A stretch of 4,325 nucleotides of DNA from a virus (Duplodnaviria > Heunggongvirae > Uroviricota > Caudoviricetes). The stretch's first letter is position 1. Every line of letters begins with the position of its first letter. Where the stretch lies: IMG/VR virus record IMGVR_UViG_2534681939_000025, one strand, 5' to 3'. The notes beneath the pieces were generated by a model that was not told the origin of the DNA, made no database searches, and saw nothing but the letters and a program-made list of their open reading frames with translations. Shown here in pieces: positions 1 to 4,325 of this stretch. The position numbers and the translations under genes are program-made.

Positions 1-80
1 TGGACAGTTGGCGTTGATGCGCAGGCGCTTACGACCAGCGGCAACATCAGCACGCAGAGTTTCATTTTCAGCTCTCGCAT
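1..80 (-). CDS. Rz1: Rz1 o-spanin (outer-membrane lipoprotein spanin subunit), embedded in the +1 frame of Rz, 5' partial
   Basis: ATG at 80 (second ATG at 65) in the +1 frame relative to Rz, preceded by GAGGGAA 7 nt upstream. Translation [26 protein letters not shown]... has a lipoprotein signal and lipobox (VSAC), and resembles lambda Rz1 (MLKLKMMLCVMMLPLVV.GC). Embedded out-of-frame position inside Rz is the classic arrangement. Confidence 0.75.
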   Translation of the reverse strand, partial: MRELKMKLCVLMLPLVVSACASTPTV

Positions 81-300
81 CGGCTAATTCCCTCGAGTAT
101 CTGGCATCAAGTGCAGCGACATCACGCTGGCGTACCTGCATATCAGTAATTGTCACGTTCGCCAGCTTCAGCTCACTGGCTTTTTTATCGCGTTGCGCTT
201 TGTAGGTAATGGCGTTATCGCGGTAATGATTCAGCCCCAGACTAAGCACACCACAGGCTACCAGCAGGACAATAATCACCACACACAGAACACGGTTCAT
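1..300 (-). CDS. Rz: Rz i-spanin (inner-membrane spanin subunit), 5' partial: start ATG at 300, gene runs off the window at position 1
   Basis: Not in the ORF track because no stop lies in the window. Reverse-strand translation from ATG 300 gives [100 protein letters not shown]... The block [56 protein letters not shown] matches phage lambda Rz as I recall it. It has an N-terminal signal-anchor helix and a strong SD (GAGGGGGA) 1-8 nt upstream of the ATG. Confidence 0.9.
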   Translation of the reverse strand, partial: MNRVLCVVIIVLLVACGVLSLGLNHYRDNAITYKAQRDKKASELKLANVTITDMQVRQRDVAALDARYSRELADARAENETLRADVAAGRKRLRINANCP

Positions 301-307
301 ATCCCCC

Positions 308-439
308 TCACCCCACCAGCCATGACAAAGTTAAGACGCGCCAGGCAGTGGAAAAGCAAATAGCAACCAGCATTAGTGAAAATGAAATGCCGACGATTAC
401 ACAGAGGATCTTCGCCAGCGTTATGAGCTTGTCTGACAT
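308..439 (-). CDS. Hypothetical 43-aa hydrophobic membrane peptide, translationally coupled to Rz
   Basis: ATG at 439 preceded by SD AGAGGA (6 nt spacer). Translation [43 protein letters not shown] is almost entirely one or two transmembrane helices. Stop TGA at 308-310 sits inside the Rz ribosome-binding site, 8 nt before the Rz ATG. Not in the ORF track (below its size cut-off); no family recognised. Confidence 0.45.
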   Translation of the reverse strand: MSDKLITLAKILCVIVGISFSLMLVAICFSTAWRVLTLSWLVG

Positions 440-451
440 GCTTAATCCTCT

Positions 452-634
452 TCACGATTTCAACGCAATGACCAGTTTTGCCAGCCCATACAGCATCGGA
501 GACACAGCAATACCGACCGCCACCCACTTAATAGCAAAAGCCAGCGCTCTGCTGACGTCATCAGTTACAGGCGCTTTCAGTTCAAGGCCGTTTTTCATAG
601 TCAATCTCAACAGAATTCGTTTATACTTTCCCAT
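452..634 (-). CDS. Hypothetical 60-aa small membrane protein (basic N-terminus, one C-terminal TM helix)
   Basis: Internal ATG at 634 of track ORF 452..712; the track's upstream extension would translate through the terminator hairpin, so 634 is the more likely start. SD AGGGAGAA 1-8 nt upstream of the ATG. Translation MGKYKRILLRLTMKNGLELKAPVTDDVSRALAFAIKWVAVGIAVSPMLYGLAKLVIALKS. Stop TGA at 452-454 overlaps the SD of the next ORF (start 439). Contains rare codons (AGA, CGA) typical of acquired genes. Confidence 0.45.
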   Translation of the reverse strand: MGKYKRILLRLTMKNGLELKAPVTDDVSRALAFAIKWVAVGIAVSPMLYGLAKLVIALKS

Positions 635-667
635 GTTCTCCCTTGCCTTACTCAAGGTCAGAAACAC

Positions 668-706
668 AAAACCCCGTTTGCGGCCAACAAACGGGGTTTT
701 ACTTTT
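668..706. terminator. Bidirectional rho-independent terminator hairpin between endolysin and the downstream small ORFs
   Basis: Perfect 9-bp stem CCCCGTTTG (672-680) / CAAACGGGG (688-696) with a 7-nt loop, flanked by AAAA (668-671) and TTTT (697-700). On the plus strand it is followed by TTTTACTTTTATT, on the minus strand by TTTTGTGTTTC. Confidence 0.6.
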
Positions 707-789
707 ATTCACTTAGTTTTTGCCAGTTCGCAGGATTTCGTGTTATCCGCCAGTGTGAGCAAACCGCATTTTTCAGCAAAATATTCTGC

Positions 790-1323
790 TTATCTGTCAA
801 TTCCCCAGCACGCCAGCGCGCTCTCCTGGTCACGCCGTGAAACCTGACCGTAGCAGTTGTTTGAGCGAATACGGCAGTCTCTGCCACCGTCCTTAATCCA
901 CCAGCGAATCGCCTCACACGCACCTTTGCGATCTCCTGCATTAATCCGTCTGTAAAACGTCGACGGGAAACACTTACCGGGACCAATGTTGTACGGACAG
1001 AATGACGCGATCCCCGCTTTCTGGGGTTCGGTCAGCGGTACTTTAATATTGCGCTCCACCCACTCCAGCGCCTTATCACGTTCAATGGCGTTAACCTGGT
1101 CGCATTTTTCCTTCGACAACTTCATGCCCGGAACGACAGGTTTACCATCCACCAGGATGGCACCGCGGCAGATGGTCCAGATACCCGCACCATCACGGTA
1201 TGCCGTGGTGTGGTTACCTTCTTTTTCGTCAAGAAACTGGTCGAGGATTTCAGGCGCAGACGCACCTGCACCAATCAGCGCCAGAACGGCAGCCGACAGG
1301 CCGTATCTGATTTTTGCGTTCAT
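790..1323 (-). CDS. R: Phage endolysin, glycoside hydrolase family 24 lysozyme with N-terminal signal-anchor-release (SAR) domain, 177 aa
   Basis: Track ORF 790..1323. Catalytic-region motif EG....Y.D..G.WT.C.G (KEGNHTTAYRDGAGIWTICRGA) and RRINAGDRKGACEAIRWW resemble phage 21 R21 and T4-type lysozymes as I recall them. N-terminus MNAKIRYGLSAAVLALIGAGASAPEIL is a Gly/Ala-rich weakly hydrophobic helix typical of SAR endolysins. Lies downstream of a pinholin gene and upstream of Rz. Confidence 0.92.
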   Translation of the reverse strand: MNAKIRYGLSAAVLALIGAGASAPEILDQFLDEKEGNHTTAYRDGAGIWTICRGAILVDGKPVVPGMKLSKEKCDQVNAIERDKALEWVERNIKVPLTEPQKAGIASFCPYNIGPGKCFPSTFYRRINAGDRKGACEAIRWWIKDGGRDCRIRSNNCYGQVSRRDQESALACWGIDR

Positions 1324-1373
1324 GGATATTTATCAGGGTTTATCGATTTCAAATCCCTGGATATGTTAAGTCT

Positions 1374-1652
1374 TCAGGCCAGCGGTGGAGTCTTCAGAGA
1401 ACCCGTAATTATTCCCGGTAGTTTTCCTCTGTAGGTTATCAACACATCCTGCGCCTCTAAAATTACGGGGCGCTTTTCCGGCAACGGACCATCCCCTTCA
1501 CATAACCCGGCAGCAACATCCATGAAAAACTGCTTCGCCTGCTTTTTCGCCTCAGCTTCGTAAAACTCCAGCGTGGCACCTTCAGTACGGTCAAGACTAA
1601 TCGCCACATCTGGCAACAACAGTGACGGATACCCACCAATTTCCAGTGCCAC
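1374..1652 (-). CDS. Hypothetical acidic soluble protein (92 codons from GTG) between holin and endolysin; start uncertain
   Basis: Track ORF 1374..1652, whose first codon is GTG, not ATG. It fills the 400-bp gap between holin stop and endolysin start. It is in the same frame as the holin, and the 22 codons between the holin TAA (1722-1724) and this GTG contain no stop and no canonical start. SD is weak. Some lambdoid prophages carry a small ORF in this position (I recall ydfR in Qin), but homology cannot be confirmed here. Confidence 0.35.
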   Translation of the reverse strand: MALEIGGYPSLLLPDVAISLDRTEGATLEFYEAEAKKQAKQFFMDVAAGLCEGDGPLPEKRPVILEAQDVLITYRGKLPGIITGSLKTPPLA

Positions 1653-1721
1653 AGTAACAGTAATCTTATCCGGGTAATTATTTATCCCTTTAACACCCAG
1701 TTCGTATTTTTCTTCATCGCT

Positions 1722-1997
1722 TTACTCCCCCCGCGCCGCCTTACGACGGTCCTCTCTGATTTTGAAATACAGGTTAGTCAGATACGTCAGCAGGCCAAAC
1801 AGCAGACTCCCCAGCACACCGATCGCCACCCACTGGGACGGAGAGACTTTGTCCAGCAGCTGCAGTAACCAGTATCCCGTCCCCACCGCTGACGTGGTGT
1901 ATGACACACCTGTTGTGATTTTTTTCCATCTGATGTATGTCTCCGTCACCGCCGACAGAAAATGAAAGTAAAGGAAACAAAAAGCCGCCAGTGTCAC
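1722..1997 (-). CDS. S: Class II pinholin, phage 21 S21-like; conserved region 1722-1925, N-terminus uncertain (expected ATG at 1929 is out of frame)
   Basis: Track ORF 1722..1997 (GTG start). The C-terminal 64 aa [67 protein letters not shown] match the S21 pinholin nearly residue for residue over the second TM helix and C-terminal tail (from memory). Two TM helices, and it is paired with a SAR endolysin. The track's N-terminal extension ([24 protein letters not shown]) has no SD. Confidence 0.85.
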   Translation of the reverse strand: MTLAAFCFLYFHFLSAVTETYIRWKKITTGVSYTTSAVGTGYWLLQLLDKVSPSQWVAIGVLGSLLFGLLTYLTNLYFKIREDRRKAARGE

Positions 1998-2182
1998 CCA
2001 CTGACGGCCAACGCCGGGAGCCGTGATTATGGCATTCAGGCTCTGCTAAAAATGCCAGATAACATTCCGGCCTCCCCCGATTCAGGTTATAAATGACACA
2101 ATATCTTGACAACATCCGTCACTGTCTGTCAGAAAATGTACTGCCATATAGAAGCAACATGTGAAGTACATCTATCCTTTTG

Positions 2183-2224
2183 AGCCAGCACCTCTCCACC
2201 GAAAGTCAGTGCTGGCTGTTTTTT
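2183..2224 (+). terminator. Plus-strand terminator-like hairpin (copy A): stem AGCCAGCAC/GTGCTGGCT, 17-nt loop, then GTTTTTT
   Basis: Stem 2183-2191 pairs with 2209-2217, followed by T6. The 17-nt loop is larger than in typical intrinsic terminators, so function is uncertain. The T-run is on the plus strand only. Confidence 0.35.
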
Positions 2225-2331
2225 CCTTAATAAAGCATCTGTAACTGAAACAATCCGCATATTGATAATATATTGACAGGCATCATTGCTGTCTGTGAAA
2301 AATAAGTCTCTACAAACATATAAGGCCTTTT

Positions 2332-2369
2332 AGCCAGCGTCTTCTTTCAGGTCAGTCGCTGGCTTTTTT
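2332..2369 (+). terminator. Plus-strand terminator-like hairpin (copy B): stem AGCCAGCG/CGCTGGCT, 17-nt loop, then TTTTT; abuts the esterase stop codon
   Basis: Stem 2332-2339 pairs with 2357-2364, followed by T5 (2365-2369). Lies directly 3' of the esterase stop (2371-2373) but is oriented as a terminator for plus-strand (antisense) transcription. Confidence 0.35.
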
Positions 2370-2370
2370 A

Positions 2371-3855
2371 TTATGCTGCCGGTGCATTTATCTCCAGCAC
2401 CAGACTTTCTATCTCAACGCCATACGCTGCATTTTTTGTAACATCCGTCAGCGTCAGCGCATTCAGTCCCAGTGTCATACTGTCTTTTATAACCTGGAAT
2501 GCCGGGCCAGCCACTCCATTCAGTTTCGGAGTAACCGTGGCACTGCCGGCGGTGAACACCAGCTCCAGCGTCTGCCAGTCGTTACCGTAATCGCCGAACT
2601 CCCCCAGCTTCGTGTTTCCGGCTTTCCTGTGATGCATCAGATTCACTCTGCCGTCAGTGGTCTGAGTGAAGTACGACATCAGGAACGGATTACCGGTACC
2701 CGTCATCGCCACACCATCAGGAACGGGAGCATCCGTATACAGATAAATCCCCAGCCCGAACTGATTGTTGGTCAGTGCGCCTGACAGGCGGAACTTACAG
2801 GTCAGTCTGCCGCCCTGTGTCAGCAGGGTAATTGCGTCATCCACCGGATGCGTCAGGGACCAGGTTTTATTGCTCTGCTTGGTGATCTTAAATACACCAT
2901 CTGACAACTGAATTCCGCCATCCTTAATGCTCCAGCCCTGCGCAGCAGCCTCTCCGGCTGCCGGCAGCAGGGAGATTGTGCGAACGGACGTATCTGCAGA
3001 CGGACCTGATGGCGTGTTGCCGCCGGGCGAGGGTTTGATTTCCGGTGCCTTACCACTGATGAAGGCTGAGGTGCGCCCGGCTGCGTTCAGAATAGCGGTT
3101 GCCAGACGATCCGGAATAATGCTCCTGCGCGCCCATGAACTGAAATGTGTCGGGCGGTTTGATGATACCTGGTTTCCATTCGTTCTCGATGCCGCACCGT
3201 AATATCCTGATGCCGGAATATCCGGATCTTCTGCCGGCGCGTTAGTGGCGGTATTGACGCCGTTACCGTCTGTCATGAAGGGCACAAAATAAACGCCCTC
3301 ACTCTCCCTGTTTTTATACCCGCCGTACACGGTGTCGTACTGGGTAGCGTATGTATTTTTCCAGTAATACGTCGTGTCACCACAAATCCACGGCACATCT
3401 GCAGCACTGCCACCATGGCACTGCGCGTTAAACACGGAGAGGTCAGCCCTCGGATGATTCAGCGTACTCATATCCTGCACATCATGCAGACAGTGGTCAG
3501 CCGGAATAATATCGTTATATCTGCAGGCAGCCCCGCCCGGCGTCACTGTACTGCGGCGCGCCAGCTGTTTAATGCGCGGATCCGGAGCATCGTATGAATC
3601 CGGCAGCGGAAGCCCTTCACCGTAAGCCATGGCATTGGACTGCCCGGCCAGTACGATGACGTAGTACCAATCCGGCTCAGATGAACCACCGACCACCACA
3701 TCACCTTCAACAGCAACCGCCTGCATCAGGGTATAAGGCGTAATGGCAACCGGACCACCAAACGGCTGCCAGCCCTCTTTCAGTTTGTGTGTCAGCTTTT
3801 CCGCAAGGTCTGACGGCGACGCCGCCCTGACAACATCATAATGTTTAATCGACAT
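2371..3855 (-). CDS. nanS-p: Prophage-encoded sialate O-acetylesterase, NanS-p-like (SGNH/SASA-type esterase with N-terminal DUF1737-like region and C-terminal probable carbohydrate-binding domain), 494 aa
   Basis: Track ORF 2371..3855; ATG at 3855 with SD GGGAG 7 nt upstream. GQSN esterase serine motif in VLAGQSNAMAYGEG near residue 70. The N-terminal 50 aa resemble the DUF1737 region of prophage NanS-p proteins (from memory). Position immediately upstream of the holin matches where nanS-p sits in Stx-type and other lambdoid prophages. Confidence 0.85.
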   Translation of the reverse strand: MSIKHYDVVRAASPSDLAEKLTHKLKEGWQPFGGPVAITPYTLMQAVAVEGDVVVGGSSEPDWYYVIVLAGQSNAMAYGEGLPLPDSYDAPDPRIKQLARRSTVTPGGAACRYNDIIPADHCLHDVQDMSTLNHPRADLSVFNAQCHGGSAADVPWICGDTTYYWKNTYATQYDTVYGGYKNRESEGVYFVPFMTDGNGVNTATNAPAEDPDIPASGYYGAASRTNGNQVSSNRPTHFSSWARRSIIPDRLATAILNAAGRTSAFISGKAPEIKPSPGGNTPSGPSADTSVRTISLLPAAGEAAAQGWSIKDGGIQLSDGVFKITKQSNKTWSLTHPVDDAITLLTQGGRLTCKFRLSGALTNNQFGLGIYLYTDAPVPDGVAMTGTGNPFLMSYFTQTTDGRVNLMHHRKAGNTKLGEFGDYGNDWQTLELVFTAGSATVTPKLNGVAGPAFQVIKDSMTLGLNALTLTDVTKNAAYGVEIESLVLEINAPAA

Positions 3856-3941
3856 CGAATTTCTCCCGTGTAGAGGAACAGAGTTAAAAAGCCGGAAGCG
3901 GAATCAAATCACAGGATGACCATCTGCCAGTGGCTGGTCGT

Positions 3942-3968
3942 AAAAAAAAGGCCGCGCCATGCGCAGCC
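3942..3968 (-). terminator. Minus-strand rho-independent terminator upstream of the esterase gene
   Basis: In the minus-strand transcript the stem GGCUGCGC / GCGCGGCC has 8 pairs with one G-U wobble and a 3-nt loop, followed directly by UUUUUUUU (plus-strand A-run 3942-3949). On the plus strand the wobble position becomes a C-A mismatch and no T-run follows, so it is specific to the minus strand. Confidence 0.6.
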
Positions 3969-4169
3969 GAAAATAAAGGGATAACGATGATAGTTTGAGA
4001 AAAACAGAAATAACACTTTTGTGGCAAAGCATGGTGCCGGGTGCCTCCCGGTGAATTCAGTATCAGCACCTGAATCCGCGATTACCCCATATACCTGCTT
4101 GCTGATCGCCCCACCGCACAGGGGGATTCACCATGCAGAAGTGTTTTTAATAAACAGCAAACAAAAAAA

Positions 4170-4325
4170 TCAAGCATTATGCAGGCTGTTTCTTTTTATC
4201 ACCGGCCACAGCAATACCATAATGCCGCAGACCAGCACCCCATCCGCCAGCACCGACATGATTCTGCTGGTGAAATCCACCATCACCACCAGAAACAGCA
4301 GGAGTGCAGCCACAGTCAGGCGCAG
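4170..4325 (-). CDS. 3' end of a hypothetical membrane-protein gene entering from beyond the window (51 codons visible, stop TGA at 4170-4172)
   Basis: Minus-strand frame open from 4325 to the stop: LRLTVAALLLFLVVMVDFTSRIMSVLADGVLVCGIMVLLWPVIKRNSLHNA. Hydrophobic and rich in CTG/GTG codons typical of E. coli. The plus-strand frame is also open but His/Gln-rich, which looks like its antisense shadow. No family recognised. Confidence 0.4.
   Translation of the reverse strand: MRLTVAALLLFLVVMVDFTSRIMSVLADGVLVCGIMVLLWPVIKRNSLHNA

Larger units (their letters stand above)
2106..2369 (+). repeat. Two tandem diverged copies (period about 167 bp) of a unit: TTGACA, 10 bp, CTGTCTGT + A-rich block, then a 8-9 bp AGCCAGC.../...GCTGGCT hairpin with a T-run
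   Basis: Copy A: TTGACA 2106-2111, CTGTCTGT 2122-2129, hairpin 2183-2217, T6 at 2219-2224. Copy B: TTGACA 2273-2278, CTGTCTGT 2289-2296, hairpin 2332-2364, T5 at 2365-2369. The TTGACA-to-CTGTCTGT spacing is identical (16 bp start to start) in both copies. The eighth stem pair is A:T in copy A and G:C in copy B, a compensatory change. Confidence 0.55.

Noticed and set aside
8-205. Plus-strand 65-aa ORF
   Set aside because: Antisense to the well-supported Rz/Rz1 genes; Arg/Ser/Ala-rich composition typical of an antisense shadow frame; no SD.
297-527. Minus-strand 76-aa ORF (MGGGRYCCVSD...)
   Set aside because: Overlaps the two better-supported small ORFs in another frame and runs across the Rz start; Cys/His/Trp-rich odd composition; no SD.
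452-712. Track's longer 86-aa version of the 60-aa ORF
   Set aside because: Its first 26 codons translate straight through the terminator hairpin and lack an SD; the internal ATG at 634 has a strong SD, so the shorter form is annotated.
348-716. Plus-strand 122-aa ORF antisense to the small-ORF pair
   Set aside because: GTG start with weak SD; the terminator hairpin (672-696) would lie inside its coding sequence before the stop; Ser/Thr/Ala-rich shadow composition. The minus-strand pair has strong SDs and coupled stops, so it is preferred.
643-840. Plus-strand 65-aa ORF
   Set aside because: Spans the terminator hairpin and overlaps the endolysin 3' end antisense; no SD; implausible composition.
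705-986. Minus-strand 93-aa ORF
   Set aside because: Lies inside the endolysin gene in a different frame; Arg-rich shadow frame.
986-1434. Plus-strand ORFs 986..1369 and 1210..1434
   Set aside because: Antisense to the endolysin gene; no independent support.
1762-2115. ORFs 1762..1965 (plus) and 1774..2115 (minus, 113 aa) overlapping the holin
   Set aside because: Alternative frames of the pinholin locus. The minus-strand one contains the SD-associated ATG at 1929 but encodes a Gly/His-rich non-conserved peptide; it is treated as the wrong-frame consequence of the A7 tract, not a real gene.
2093-2164. Plus-strand 23-codon mini-ORF (MTQYLDNIRHCLSENVLPYRSNM) inside repeat copy A
   Set aside because: No SD and no counterpart in copy B; the repeat is better explained as an RNA or DNA structural element.
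2853-3597. ORFs 2853..3056 (minus), 2927..3202 (plus) and 3415..3597 (plus) inside the esterase gene
   Set aside because: Nested within or antisense to the 494-aa esterase CDS; Arg/Pro-rich shadow frames.
3884-4069. Minus-strand 61-aa ORF
   Set aside because: Translates through the terminator hairpin and U-tract; no SD; likely non-coding leader.
4040-4130. Possible tRNA or tRNA remnant (lambdoid prophages often carry tRNA genes before the late genes)
   Set aside because: No acceptable cloverleaf could be built by eye: no GTTCGAATCC-type T-arm and no paired acceptor stem ending in a discriminator plus CCA. tRNAscan-SE or ARAGORN would settle it.
4178-4325. Plus-strand open frame (MQAVSFYHRPQQYHNAADQHP...)
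   Set aside because: His/Gln-rich composition is the antisense signature of the CTG/GTG-rich minus-strand membrane-protein frame; no SD.
1-4325. CRISPR array, transposase/IS element, integrase or attachment site
   Set aside because: No direct-repeat/spacer periodicity, no terminal inverted repeats flanking an ORF, and no recombinase-like ORF were seen in any frame.

Overview
This window looks like the late (lysis) region of a lambdoid prophage of the phage 21 / Qin type from an E. coli-like Enterobacteriaceae genome, with every credible gene on the minus strand. In transcription order (high to low coordinates) it holds: the 3' end of a hydrophobic membrane-protein gene (4325->4170), an intrinsic terminator (3942-3968), a 494-aa NanS-p-like sialate O-acetylesterase (3855->2371), a 370-bp spacer with two diverged tandem copies of a motif-plus-hairpin unit, an S21-type pinholin (->1722), a 92-codon ORF of unknown function (1652->1374), a 177-aa SAR endolysin (1323->790), a perfect bidirectional terminator hairpin (668-706), two tightly coupled small hydrophobic ORFs (60 aa and 43 aa), and the 5' part of the Rz/Rz1 spanin pair running off the window at position 1. 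The most unusual points are the small membrane-protein pair inserted between endolysin and spanin, the duplicated hairpin units between the esterase and the holin, and an A7 homopolymer that puts the pinholin's expected ATG start out of frame. No tRNA, CRISPR array, transposase or integrase was seen. All protein identifications rest on motifs and on sequences recalled from memory; no database search was run.
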